This document shows, one piece after another, positions 18,603-28,160 of a stretch of 64,000 bases of DNA. Made by a program: the position numbers and the translations under genes. Where the stretch lies: IMG/VR virus record IMGVR_UViG_3300047325_000072, positions 31,559-95,558 of that record; one strand, written 5' to 3'. Within the stretch, counting starts at the first letter, position 1. Each line of letters begins with the position of its first letter. Below the pieces are notes generated by a model. The model worked only from the letters and a program-made list of their open reading frames with translations, was not told the DNA's origin and did no database searches. Origin of the DNA: a virus.

Positions 18603-18822
18603 TTTCCAAGGCTAATCGCTCGTTGGTGCCATCCACCGCTGCAATTTCCAACAGAGTGTAAAGATCCTCTAAACCATAGACCGTTTGAAGATCATTCAGG
18701 CTGGCGAGCCGTCTGCCGATAACGGCGCCAATGGCTCCGGTGGTGTTGGGGTAATCAATGAACTGTATTGTTGCATAACGCCGGACACCAAGGTTGAGAG
18801 GGCGCCGGCTAGAGAAAAACCC
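18592..18822 (-). CDS. -1 frameshift extension of the tail assembly chaperone
   Basis: Slippery G GGT TTT at 18822-18816, in frame with the chaperone; -1 frame is open to TAA 18592 (IDYPNTTGAIGAVIGRRLASLNDLQTVYGLEDLYTLLEIAAVDGTNER). Confidence 0.8.
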   Translation of the reverse strand, partial: GFFSSRRPLNLGVRRYATIQFIDYPNTTGAIGAVIGRRLASLNDLQTVYGLEDLYTLLEIAAVDGTNERLALENAN

Positions 18823-19202
18823 GTGTGTAAACGAAATACCTCGCTGCGTAGAAAGGATATCGTAGATGCTTCCTCGATATCGTCATGTGCCTTGTCTAAA
18901 GCGCGCTCAGTGTCCGGCTTTGCCGGGTCCGGGAGGTAATGCACGCACCCTAACATTTCCTCTAAGAGCGGGCGCGCCTGATCGTAAGGAAGATTGAAGA
19001 TAGAGCGCAGACCAAGCTCTAAAAGGCCCGCTATGCCCGAGTTGGGCGGCGGCGAGGGCACTTGTACGTTGCCCGCGCCCACCGCGAGCAATGCTCGCAT
19101 AGCCCAGGACTCAGCTTGAAAAGCCGACATTTCATGGAGCACGAAGGTCTTGCCGTGATCCCGGCCGGGCTGATCTATGACGACGGTTTCAGTTTTACGC
19201 AT
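18696..19202 (-). CDS. Tail assembly chaperone (short form)
   Basis: GRDHGKTFVLHEMSAFQAESWAMRALLA, DIEEASTISFLRSEVFRLHTGF; follows the tube gene. Confidence 0.85.
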   Translation of the reverse strand: MRKTETVVIDQPGRDHGKTFVLHEMSAFQAESWAMRALLAVGAGNVQVPSPPPNSGIAGLLELGLRSIFNLPYDQARPLLEEMLGCVHYLPDPAKPDTERALDKAHDDIEEASTISFLRSEVFRLHTGFSLAGALSTLVSGVMQQYSSLITPTPPEPLAPLSADGSPA

Positions 19203-19661
19203 TTAGGCTAGCGGGGTATAGGTGATTGCGGGAATCGTGCCGCTCGGGAGCCATTGGATATGGAACTCTCGATTTTGGAGTACTTTCCGTGCGTCCGCGA
19301 GAGAGGAAACGCCCATCAGGGAGCCTTTGTAGCAGGTGTAGGAGCGGCTAACCGACGGCAGCCGAATATTGGCATTCGCGTAAAGAACCTCTTGCAACTG
19401 GTCCATCTGCGCAACCCAATTTTCAAAAACGATCAGGCTGGCCGAACTAGCCAGCAACCGGATCGTCATCTCCGGCGCACGAGGAATATAGCCGGCGACG
19501 CCATAGCCATCGACGCCGACCTGCGTCTCAGTCGCCGGAACCTGGCTTGTGGTAAACGCATCGTCAACCCCGAACTCTTGTATCTGCACAGGGGTCGGGT
19601 AGATAGAGTCAATACCGAGAAGCAGTACCGCGTTAGCTGAGGTTATCGTGAGTGCCATCAT
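19203..19661 (-). CDS. Tail tube protein
   Basis: TITSANAVLLL, QEFGVDDAF, ETQVGVDG; follows the sheath gene. Confidence 0.85.
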   Translation of the reverse strand: MMALTITSANAVLLLGIDSIYPTPVQIQEFGVDDAFTTSQVPATETQVGVDGYGVAGYIPRAPEMTIRLLASSASLIVFENWVAQMDQLQEVLYANANIRLPSVSRSYTCYKGSLMGVSSLADARKVLQNREFHIQWLPSGTIPAITYTPLA

Positions 19662-19670
19662 AGCCTCCCT

Positions 19671-21413
19671 TTATTGAATTTCAATCGAGGCTATATTGAT
19701 TTCTTGTATGGAACCTCCGTCGCAATATAGTAAAGTACAGGGAGGTGAACCACGCGCTGCTCGGACCTGTGCAGTGGCAGGCACAACTTGAAAAAGCCAA
19801 CCGCGTTGAAACAAGATATCCGAGGCGTTAGGTATGTTAGTTAGGTTGCCTATTTCAGCAATCTGCGCCTGGCTTAGTTCCACTCCGGCCCGGATCGCGC
19901 CGAAGTTCACAGCAGCGTTGATCGGATCAAGAGCCGCCGCCTCGATCAGAGCATAACCGGCCTGGTTATACGGGATTGAGCCGACGTTATCGAGGAGAAC
20001 CATCATTGCAAGCTGAAGTTGATTATTCAGCCATATTTGATTGACATAGCTATCTTTCCAAAGGAAAGGACCAGAGATCGCGCCGGGATACCACCAATTG
20101 AATGCCTCGTTGGCAGTGGTATAATCACCGTAAAAATTCATCCCATAGGAGATCAGGTAATTGGCGATCGTCCCGGAGAAAACCTGTGGTTGGAGTCCGG
20201 TCTGACGCTTGAATGCCTGGGTTTGGCGCCCGTTCAAGCGTGTAAAGTCTAGCGAGGCGGTCCACCCCATGCCGAAGGCTGCTAGCTGTCCGGTGGTGTC
20301 CACGCTCGGATTGACATGAATCATGTCAATGCCCGAAAGCTGGCCGCTGTTGATAAATGCGACCGGCGCTGACGGACCTCCCGAGGAAATATTGGCCGCG
20401 GAAGTGTCCCACATTTCATAAACGTAGCGATTGTTTTGGGAATTGTTCCAGGTAGCGAACGCCTCCTTTTCGGCGTCAGTGCCCTCCCAAAGGGTCATGA
20501 ACGACGCCCAATCCTGGGTAATCGCCGTTATAGAGGTCATAAATGACCCCGGAGAGTAGGCCGCGGCGCCCGGAGAGATAACAGCGCCTAGTGCCTGCGT
20601 CATCAGCAATTGATTGGCCAGGGTACCGGAGGCATAAGTCACCATGGAGTTATTGCCAGTTGTCGCCGAGACAATGACAAAGCCGCCCGAAATAGAGTCA
20701 TAGCTGACGGCCGGCGCGTAAAGCGTCATCGCTTCGCTAGCCGCCATTTGCGACGTGCTAAGCTGATAGACACCCGTCGAGCCGGTTGTGCCGGAAATCT
20801 GCTGCACAACATAGGGCATCCCTGAGACGCCCGTTCCAGTGACCACTGCCGCGGACGTAACCGTTCCCGATGTGACACCCGTAACCGTCATCAAGGTGCC
20901 GGAAATCGAGGCCGTAATCGTCGCAGTCGGCGTACCGGACCGAATGCCCAGCCCGGCCCCGATGATCTCCGCTGCGTTCGAAAACGACGTAGCCGCAGCC
21001 AGAGAGATCGTCGCCGTGGTAGGCGTAGGCGAGCCGTCAAAAGAAATTGAAAAAGAACCCGAATAGGTTTGAAGAGTCGCAAGGGGTACACCCGCCAGCG
21101 ATGCGCCGCGCAGATAGGCCGAAACAGCCGTTTCAGCGTACTGCGCAAAAAGCAAAGACGCGGGTTTTACCGTGCTGTTGTCCGGGCCTAAGAAGTAAAT
21201 GGATGCGAGTGCCGCCTCTTGGCTCATTGTGCCGAAATAACTGCCCACGTCGGTGGCGTCGGCAAAACTTAGAACCTGCCCAATCGGAGGACGCGTGTTT
21301 TGTGTCACCATCAGGCCGATCAGATCTAGGGCGTTCCCCCCGGCTGAGAGGACGGAAGGGTTGACCTGAACGATTTGTGAAGCCGGAATCGCCGGGCGAA
21401 CTGAGATGCTCAA
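19671..21413 (-). CDS. Tail sheath protein (DUF3383-like)
   Basis: AIPASQIVQVNPSVL, AYLRG, QDWASF, DSYVNQIWLN, SIPYNQAGY, YCDGGSIQEI. Confidence 0.92.
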   Translation of the reverse strand: MSISVRPAIPASQIVQVNPSVLSAGGNALDLIGLMVTQNTRPPIGQVLSFADATDVGSYFGTMSQEAALASIYFLGPDNSTVKPASLLFAQYAETAVSAYLRGASLAGVPLATLQTYSGSFSISFDGSPTPTTATISLAAATSFSNAAEIIGAGLGIRSGTPTATITASISGTLMTVTGVTSGTVTSAAVVTGTGVSGMPYVVQQISGTTGSTGVYQLSTSQMAASEAMTLYAPAVSYDSISGGFVIVSATTGNNSMVTYASGTLANQLLMTQALGAVISPGAAAYSPGSFMTSITAITQDWASFMTLWEGTDAEKEAFATWNNSQNNRYVYEMWDTSAANISSGGPSAPVAFINSGQLSGIDMIHVNPSVDTTGQLAAFGMGWTASLDFTRLNGRQTQAFKRQTGLQPQVFSGTIANYLISYGMNFYGDYTTANEAFNWWYPGAISGPFLWKDSYVNQIWLNNQLQLAMMVLLDNVGSIPYNQAGYALIEAAALDPINAAVNFGAIRAGVELSQAQIAEIGNLTNIPNASDILFQRGWLFQVVPATAQVRAARGSPPCTLLYCDGGSIQEINIASIEIQ

Positions 21414-21419
21414 AGCTCT

Positions 21420-22157
21420 TTACTCCAATAACGCGTCCGCCTCGACCAGATCGATTATTACTTGATCAGCGAACTGTTGCCCGGTGCGGACAATCGGGTT
21501 GACCTGCAACACGAGGTCCATTCCCCATCGGTATTCAAATTGTTGCTCAGCGTTTATGAAGGGACGCTGCTGAGCGTCGTCGCACCATAAAGGTGCAATC
21601 GCATAGCCACTTTCCCCTAAATCATCCACTGCAATCTCAGTTCGGAAAAGTCCGACGATCGTCTGCGCTGTCCCGGCCGAGTTGGGTCCGTGAATGTCTA
21701 ATTGCACTGTCCACTTCGTTTGTGTTTCATCGTTGCGCGTTCCTGCATAAAGCGTCCCGCTCGCAAGTACCTGGCTCCCGGTAACGGCATAAGCGCCAGT
21801 GCCGCCAACAACCGACCCCGATAGCTGCGTGATAACTCCGGTATTGGCCGCTATAACCCCGACAGTGCCATCCGTAAGCGGCGCGCCGGGCTGAACCGTG
21901 CCGCGCGCCAATACAGTCACATTCATTATCGATCCGGCAATCGACGCTGTGACGATCGCATCATTGGTCGTGTAAAAATTTGTCCCGAGTCGCTCGATAC
22001 GCAACGGCGTCATAACAATGAAGTCCGCGCCTTGCGGCTCCGGCACGCGATTTATCTCAGCGCGGATTACGTCCGTAGTAGACGGCACAAGGCCGATCAG
22101 CCAAGCGCGCAGCGCCGTAAATTGCTGGACCTCGGTCTCAGTTAGGTATGGAACCAA
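21420..22157 (-). CDS. Tail completion / neck terminator protein
   Basis: INRVPEP..DFIVMTPL, VQLDIHGP, PFINAEQQFEYRW; contains an inserted Ser/Thr/Gly module. Confidence 0.8.
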   Translation of the reverse strand: MVPYLTETEVQQFTALRAWLIGLVPSTTDVIRAEINRVPEPQGADFIVMTPLRIERLGTNFYTTNDAIVTASIAGSIMNVTVLARGTVQPGAPLTDGTVGVIAANTGVITQLSGSVVGGTGAYAVTGSQVLASGTLYAGTRNDETQTKWTVQLDIHGPNSAGTAQTIVGLFRTEIAVDDLGESGYAIAPLWCDDAQQRPFINAEQQFEYRWGMDLVLQVNPIVRTGQQFADQVIIDLVEADALLE

Positions 22158-22158
22158 A

Positions 22159-22548
22159 TTACCCGTTATTCTGTAGCGTGCAAACTAGACGGCACCAATC
22201 GGGCCATTGTTCAGTGACCATAGCCACAAGCCATATAGTACCGAACGGGTAAACCGTGCCGTCCGCAAACACAACTAGATCCCCACCTTCGGAAGTGGGC
22301 CGATTTACACTGTTAAACTCGCCGTTGACATAAATCGCGCGGCGCTCGCCGTTTATTACCAACCCCTCGATTAGCTGCATATCCTGGTAGCTGAGCGCCT
22401 GCACCTGCGCCGTCACCGGCGTCGAGATATAAGTTGGAACCCGAGTACCATCCGAAGCCGTCACAGAACCCGATGAAACCATAATCGTCGCGGGCAGGAA
22501 AGGGTTTACTGTATTTATTGCACCCGAAACAATCTGATGAAGATTCAT
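22159..22548 (-). CDS. Head closure protein
   Basis: MNLHQIVSGAINTVNP, QVQALS, GGDLVVF, WLV...EQWPDWC. Confidence 0.82.
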   Translation of the reverse strand: MNLHQIVSGAINTVNPFLPATIMVSSGSVTASDGTRVPTYISTPVTAQVQALSYQDMQLIEGLVINGERRAIYVNGEFNSVNRPTSEGGDLVVFADGTVYPFGTIWLVAMVTEQWPDWCRLVCTLQNNG

Positions 22549-23535
22549 CTAGGCCGCCCGACGCAGAGCCGGCGCCACCCGGCCGACAGTCGCGTCAAGC
22601 ACGGTGCCCAAACAAGCCTCTGGCGAAAATTTCTTTCGAAAAGCTGCGAATTGTCGCTCCCAAGCTTCCCGCCAGCGGGCGCGTGTCAGCAACGCCACGC
22701 CAATAAAATCGCTCTCCGAAGAGGTAAACTTTACCACGTCTTCCCAACCTTGGGAAAGATCGTGCGGCTCGGCGACAACGGGTCGCCCTAAGCAAAGCGC
22801 GGTGTTGCACCGTGAGGAGGAGACTAAACCCATTTCGTCAAACTTACGAACCTGTAAAATAACCTTGGCCCGGCGCATCTGAATGTCGCGATCTATTTGC
22901 GACTTGAAGTCCATGACAACCTTTACAGCATTGCGCGTGCCGGTCGCCTTGGCGAGCTTTCGTAGCAACGCCTCGCGCCGGGGCGACATCGAGCCGTAAA
23001 AACCAAACTCGAAATCCGGAACGACTCGCGGATCGGGCCGATAAAGGGAGGGCGCGTACCCAAGCTCCAGGTAGGCGGTCGGCGCGTATTGCGAATACCA
23101 GTCACTAACGCGCTGCCCAGGAACAAGGTGCCAAATAGCGTCCAAATATGGCGCAACCTCGCAGAACTTTTCCTGCCGTCTAACCATCTCGGGGTCTAGC
23201 CCGTGATTGAAACCCGCCTGAGTAGGTTCCTCGGTAGCCAGGCAAATAAACCGCGCTCCCCGCTCATGGGCACGACGTAGAACTTCCACGGACCAATCCG
23301 TAAAACCCTCGACAACAACATTGTAGCCCTTGTCCGCCGCCCAATAGGTAATATCCGTCTCCGGCGCAACGCCGTCTTTCCAAAGGATATCGTTTTTCGG
23401 GTCCCAAACAGCGTCATGCCCTAGCGCACGAAGTTGATGACCAATAATCCCGATTACATCCTCCAGGGAGCGTTTGCCGATAGCGTTGTGGTTAAAGAGA
23501 TGGAATAAAAAATCCAAGGTCAGTTTTCTCCCCAC
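22549..23535 (-). CDS. Putative glycosyltransferase (GT-B, CgeB/Glyco_trans_1_2-like), paralogue of 37342-38229
   Basis: FEFGFYGSMSPRR, RDIQMRRAKVILQV, SSSRCNTALCLGRPVVAE. Confidence 0.72.
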   Translation of the reverse strand: MGRKLTLDFLFHLFNHNAIGKRSLEDVIGIIGHQLRALGHDAVWDPKNDILWKDGVAPETDITYWAADKGYNVVVEGFTDWSVEVLRRAHERGARFICLATEEPTQAGFNHGLDPEMVRRQEKFCEVAPYLDAIWHLVPGQRVSDWYSQYAPTAYLELGYAPSLYRPDPRVVPDFEFGFYGSMSPRREALLRKLAKATGTRNAVKVVMDFKSQIDRDIQMRRAKVILQVRKFDEMGLVSSSRCNTALCLGRPVVAEPHDLSQGWEDVVKFTSSESDFIGVALLTRARWREAWERQFAAFRKKFSPEACLGTVLDATVGRVAPALRRAA

Positions 23536-24539
23536 TTAGCAACGTAGGCGGCGCGCAACCGAACGACAACAGCGGCTTGAAGAGCCTCTGCCGCGGTCTT
23601 CTCTATTGAGTTGCCCGCAACACTCTCTGTCCAAAACGTAGTTTCCAACCAGTGACGATTCCACTCGTCGCCGTAATCGTGCATTGCACGGACCATTCTT
23701 TCCTCGTCCGTCTCCTCACGATCCGGGTCGCGCCAAGGGTTTTCCGATGTATTGCTGGTTTCGATACCCGACATCATAAGCTCGGCTGATGATGTGACGA
23801 GCTTTACTTGCTCTAAGGAGCTAAGCGCGCGACGCGCGAGATCCTGGTCTGCGCCTCCCTCGCACCGCACGGGACCGTCGGGCACGTCGGGATAAACGAA
23901 CAAAGTCCGTAGGTGAAAGCCTTGCGACCCGTAAGCGTCCAGGCTCGCCGTTGAGCGTGATAATGTCCATCCCTCGCCGTCCGGCGGCGGCATCGCGCCG
24001 CGCATAAGCCCCAGGTGCCAGCGCGAAAGCTCAACGGGCGAAACGTCGATGATACCGCCCGCAAGGTAGTAATTAGCGACGCGCGCACGCAACTCCGGCT
24101 GTAGCCGATAGCCTAAGTGCAGCACTGCGCGGTAGCCCGCGGCGCAGGCCGCAACAATAGTTGTGCCGACCGTGTTTCCGGCAACCTCGTCGGCGCAAAG
24201 CGGCACAAAACCCGCGTCCATTTCGTAGGCAAGTGCAAGCCCGAAATTGTGGCACTCCTTCATCGCCGTGCCGCCGCCGCGCTCGCCGAAGTTTGCCTCC
24301 ATCCGCGACCCCATGTCGATGATATGTATTTCCGCATAGCGGGCAGCGGCTTGTAAGGCGGGCGCACGGCGTAGCGTCTTAGCGTCGCCGGAAACCGTGT
24401 AGAGCACTAAACGCACCGGGCCTAGGGTAGCCAGGGTCGGCAAATTATTATGCGCCAGCAGCGACGGCAGAAGGCAGGATAGAGCGTGCGCAACATAAGT
24501 CTGCCCCCAGACGGGGAGGGCTAGGACCAAGCCGTTCAC
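23520..24539 (-). CDS. Putative GT-A-like protein of glycan-modification clusters
   Basis: LALPVWGQTYVAHALSCLLPSLLAHNNLP, LVLYT, FVPLCADEV resemble GT-A-fold proteins of alphaproteobacterial glycosylation islands; weak assignment. Confidence 0.5.
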   Translation of the reverse strand: MNGLVLALPVWGQTYVAHALSCLLPSLLAHNNLPTLATLGPVRLVLYTVSGDAKTLRRAPALQAAARYAEIHIIDMGSRMEANFGERGGGTAMKECHNFGLALAYEMDAGFVPLCADEVAGNTVGTTIVAACAAGYRAVLHLGYRLQPELRARVANYYLAGGIIDVSPVELSRWHLGLMRGAMPPPDGEGWTLSRSTASLDAYGSQGFHLRTLFVYPDVPDGPVRCEGGADQDLARRALSSLEQVKLVTSSAELMMSGIETSNTSENPWRDPDREETDEERMVRAMHDYGDEWNRHWLETTFWTESVAGNSIEKTAAEALQAAVVVRLRAAYVAKWGEN

Positions 24540-24985
24540 GAAACCTCGTGCGAAACGGATTGCAACATTATTCCGTGGTCGATCAAAGGTTTAGAAAAGC
24601 CCTTCCGTTTAATTGTACTCGGCTTCAGCGGCGGCGATTGAAGGTCTACGATGCTCTGTCGCAGTTGTCCCGCAATTGCTGCGCCGATCTGGTCGAGCGA
24701 CTTCGGTACGTCGTAATTGTTCGCTTTCAGATTCGCGGCGATCGATGCAGGCCAGCGGGGGCTTTCCTTAGCAACCATATTGCGAAAAAAGGGGCGCGGC
24801 GGCTGGCCGCGGCTCGGGGCGCCGAATTCATTAACAGCGGCAACAAGGGCCACCGAAGTTCCGTCCGGATAGGTCGCGCCGGAAAGAAAGCCAACTTTGA
24901 CCGTGCCGCCGCGCCCTAGCTGATCGCCTATTTGGGCGAGCGCTGCGGTTAGCTTTTGGCCGCCAGAAATTTTCACAGAAGGCAT
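24536..24985 (-). CDS. Neck / virion morphogenesis protein (HK97 gp10-like)
   Basis: VKVGFLSGATYPDG, NEFG..PPRPFFR, PLKPSTIKRKGFSKPLIDHG. Confidence 0.85.
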   Translation of the reverse strand: MPSVKISGGQKLTAALAQIGDQLGRGGTVKVGFLSGATYPDGTSVALVAAVNEFGAPSRGQPPRPFFRNMVAKESPRWPASIAANLKANNYDVPKSLDQIGAAIAGQLRQSIVDLQSPPLKPSTIKRKGFSKPLIDHGIMLQSVSHEVS

Positions 24986-25440
24986 TATCGAACCCAAACC
25001 CGATTAAGTCCCAGGTAAGGCGGGAAAGATCGGGCCGAGCCGGGGCCGGGCACGTAGGTTGCTCGGCGCCAAGCCGAAGTTGCCTGCCAAAAAGCCGCGC
25101 CATAGCTGGTTTGCAAAAACCAAGCATTTTCCGGGTTCATCGGGAACTCGGCCGCGACCGAAACGGTTCCTTCGCTGGCGCTGCTGATCCTCCCAACCAA
25201 GCCGCTCGGGATGCCGCCCGTAGCCGGCGGCGCAAACAGCTTAGCTAAATGCGCCGTCAACATATTCAACAACGTAAGCTGCACTGTCGGGTCAAGCACA
25301 GGCCCCGTGCCGTCATTCCGCAAATACAACGTCGCCATGTCGAAATAGGATTGAGCGAGCGGCGCGGCAATGTAGGCAAACTCCGGATAGGTCGCTATCC
25401 AAAGATCGTAGTTGAATGTTACTTCAGCGCAAGGCGTCAT
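24985..25440 (-). CDS. Head-tail adaptor (DUF4054-like)
   Basis: YPEF, LLNMLTAHLA, GLVGRISSASEGTVSV, WFLQTSYGAAFWQAT. Confidence 0.9.
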   Translation of the reverse strand: MTPCAEVTFNYDLWIATYPEFAYIAAPLAQSYFDMATLYLRNDGTGPVLDPTVQLTLLNMLTAHLAKLFAPPATGGIPSGLVGRISSASEGTVSVAAEFPMNPENAWFLQTSYGAAFWQATSAWRRATYVPGPGSARSFPPYLGLNRVWVR

Positions 25441-25979
25441 GCTGCCTCGCGCTCACCCTTTTCGATTTTCTTCATAGACGGATCGTGTAGCTCCGGGCGA
25501 CCTGGGTCGATCGGTTCTAAACCAGATCGGGTTGCCCCTTGCGCCGCGACCCAGGCGCGAGCACGCGCACTATCTCCTGCATCAACCGGCGGCGGCCCGA
25601 TTAGTCGGTTACGGATCAGCATAGAGGACGGCTGGTTTGCTTCCCACCACGAGCGATAGAGGTCCAACGGCACGCCCTCCGTAATGGCATAGCCGTAAGC
25701 GCCGCCAACGATGAGATGCTCCGGCATGCGGCCGGCCACGATATCTTGTACAGAGACCGAATTACCGCGCAACCGGAAAGGCTCTCCAACCGCTTGGGCA
25801 ACCTTGACCACCTTGTAGCCGTGCGCTGTTGCCTCGCCGGAATCCACCATGGAGTAACCCTGCATAATGATTCCGTGAGGATGCTTCAACGCGACGGCAA
25901 CTGTTGCTGTGCCCGTTGAGGGGGGCGTAGGTGTCGAGATCGTGGTTGGATTAGGATTAGGTTTTGATTCGTTGGGCAT
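25437..25979 (-). CDS. Conserved phage protein downstream of the major capsid gene
   Basis: VAVALKHPHGII, YAITEGVP, SGLEPIDP are typical for this position in the group. Confidence 0.75.
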   Translation of the reverse strand: MPNESKPNPNPTTISTPTPPSTGTATVAVALKHPHGIIMQGYSMVDSGEATAHGYKVVKVAQAVGEPFRLRGNSVSVQDIVAGRMPEHLIVGGAYGYAITEGVPLDLYRSWWEANQPSSMLIRNRLIGPPPVDAGDSARARAWVAAQGATRSGLEPIDPGRPELHDPSMKKIEKGEREAA

Positions 25980-25983
25980 GTTT

Positions 25984-27126
25984 TCAAATACCCACCATCG
26001 CTGTAAGGCCGGCAGGATAGCGAATCACACATCCCCAACTGCCGCTCATACACTTTTGTTGAAAAGCGCTCAGCAACCGAATGATCGGAAACGCTCGCAT
26101 CTTTTCGGAATACGCGCAAAAGCCGGTCTTCTGGCCTTCGACCTCGTCAACGATCAACTGCATCGAGTTGCCCGCGGGATTACCCTGGGGGTTGGTCGAG
26201 CTTTGTCCGTTATATTGGACTGCTGTCTTGATCTTCAAATTTTTGAAGTTCTTGGTCAGCAAGTCCCGGACATTCACGTTGAACGTGTTTGTGGCGCCAA
26301 GCGCGACTTCGGAGGAAGGCCCGAGCGCGAGCGTCAGCGGCGACTCCATGTTGACGAGACCAGAATTTTGAGTAACAAGCTGCTGGTAAGTCGCCAGAAT
26401 GTCGTTGTAGATCTCGTTTGCCGTCGCGATGATCTGGCCCGTCGAGTAGTTCAGCCAAGCGGTGCCGCCCGCGGCCTTGGTCGCGGGAGTCAACGCCGCA
26501 GACAGGAACGGGTTATTGATCAATCCATAGTTCTGCAACGCCGACACACCATAGAAGTATGTCAGGTTGAGGAACTTGTTAAGGTTGATGGCCGCGGCCT
26601 TGTCGATCGACGAAACCCAATTGATCCGAGCCAGCCCTGCGCGTTCAAGCTCCCGCTCACCATACTGCTTGATAAGCTGGAACAAATACGCCTGGACTTG
26701 GGGCCAGTTCGTGTTAACACCGGCCCGGCCATTGTTGGAAAAGTCTCCGTAGCTGGAGACCTCGCCCGTGGCTTCGGCGACCGGGAACATGGTCGTATCG
26801 TTTAGCCACGTGCCCTTTTTGACCTCGCCCATGATCTCCGCGGCCATGTTCGGAGCGAACAAGACCTCATAGACCTGCGGATCAATAAGAGTTGTGAGCA
26901 TCGCCGGCACGGCCGAGTTCGGATCGGTCGTAAGGGTCGGGATGTTGGAAACCGCATCGAGGGCAAGCCGGTAATCGCGGCGCGAGCCGTCATCCGGAAT
27001 GTAGCCCACAGGGGCCGCGCCGGGGGCATACGAAATGCCGTACTCCTCCAGCATTGCCTGGTCCATCGCGAAGGCTGCAACAGCCTCCGCCATCGTCCCG
27101 AAGCGGAGCGGATTGGTAGTTATCAT
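25984..27126 (-). CDS. Major capsid protein (DUF2184-like)
   Basis: LALDA, GEVKKGTW, GEVSSYGDFS, YGERELERAG, YFYGV...NYGL.N.P. Confidence 0.93.
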   Translation of the reverse strand: MITTNPLRFGTMAEAVAAFAMDQAMLEEYGISYAPGAAPVGYIPDDGSRRDYRLALDAVSNIPTLTTDPNSAVPAMLTTLIDPQVYEVLFAPNMAAEIMGEVKKGTWLNDTTMFPVAEATGEVSSYGDFSNNGRAGVNTNWPQVQAYLFQLIKQYGERELERAGLARINWVSSIDKAAAINLNKFLNLTYFYGVSALQNYGLINNPFLSAALTPATKAAGGTAWLNYSTGQIIATANEIYNDILATYQQLVTQNSGLVNMESPLTLALGPSSEVALGATNTFNVNVRDLLTKNFKNLKIKTAVQYNGQSSTNPQGNPAGNSMQLIVDEVEGQKTGFCAYSEKMRAFPIIRLLSAFQQKCMSGSWGCVIRYPAGLTAMVGI

Positions 27127-27154
27127 ATCGAGCTATTCCTTTTTCCGCTCGGGG

Positions 27155-28135
27155 TTATGGACCGACGTTGACGCGATCAGACATCTTGACTACTTCCCCC
27201 GCCTGCCCAGAGGACAAGGCATAAAAACGAGTCTCGATGGTATTACCGAGCGTCAATGCCGAGGATGACATCGCCTGAGTAACGTCCAGGTAATACGTGC
27301 CGGTGCCGCCGGTTCCAAGCTGAGTGATGTGCGAAAACGGCGGGCTTGCAGCTACGCCGGTACCGGAAACCAGAGCACCATTTTCGATCGTGCCCGAAGA
27401 TACAGCCGAAACCGTCAGAATACCGTAGCTGAGCGATAGTGTACCGGACAAAACCAATTGCTCGGGGATAGACAAAGCGTATGTGCCAGTGCTGCCCGCA
27501 GTGCCGGAAAGCTGCGAGACGATCCGAGTATTGGCAATAACGCCAGACCCCGCGACAGTGCCGTAAAGCAATGCGCCATTGACAACCGTGCCCGATGCCA
27601 CATTCGTGACCGTAAGCACATTGCCCGCCACCGAGCCAGTCAGTGATCCGGTGCCCGCGGCGATCGAGCCAGTCACTGAGGCCGATCCCGGAGAACCGGT
27701 CGGGGCAAACGAAACCTTGCCGGTGGCAAGATCGGCGTAAGCCTTCATGCCCACCAACGCGGCAGTTGTGCCGTCATTTTTGACCCAAAAGCCGCCCGAA
27801 GTGAACAGCGTCACCCCGAAACCTTTAGGCACAACCATACTGGCATCTGCCAGATAAGTCGTGATCAGCCCCTGCTGTTCGCGGGCGATAAAGCCGGACG
27901 GGGCCGCGCCCTGATTGCTGAAACAATTGACAACTGTCGGCGCGTTGTCCGGGTCGATCCCTTGATACGAGGTCCAACCGAAATAACCAACCGTAACGCC
28001 CGCGCTGCCCGCTACGAGGCCGCCCGGACCTGCGTCGAGGGTAGAGCGCGGATTGAAGTCAGAAAAGTCACCGGGAATGCCCGGCGTGGGCAAGGTGCCG
28101 ACCGAGGTCTGCCACCCGCTGTTACCCGTAGCCAT
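27155..28135 (-). CDS. Head decoration / cement protein with inserted Ser/Thr/Gly modules
   Basis: [53 protein letters not shown]. Confidence 0.82.
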   Translation of the reverse strand: MATGNSGWQTSVGTLPTPGIPGDFSDFNPRSTLDAGPGGLVAGSAGVTVGYFGWTSYQGIDPDNAPTVVNCFSNQGAAPSGFIAREQQGLITTYLADASMVVPKGFGVTLFTSGGFWVKNDGTTAALVGMKAYADLATGKVSFAPTGSPGSASVTGSIAAGTGSLTGSVAGNVLTVTNVASGTVVNGALLYGTVAGSGVIANTRIVSQLSGTAGSTGTYALSIPEQLVLSGTLSLSYGILTVSAVSSGTIENGALVSGTGVAASPPFSHITQLGTGGTGTYYLDVTQAMSSSALTLGNTIETRFYALSSGQAGEVVKMSDRVNVGP

Positions 28136-28160
28136 GAATAGCCTCCTATCTCACGGGTGG

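Noticed and set aside
25909-26805. 298-aa plus-strand ORF and similar long antisense ORFs (33299-33880, 44179-44736, 48485-49057, 58889-59464)
   Set aside because: Antisense to well-supported genes in GC-rich DNA; no motifs
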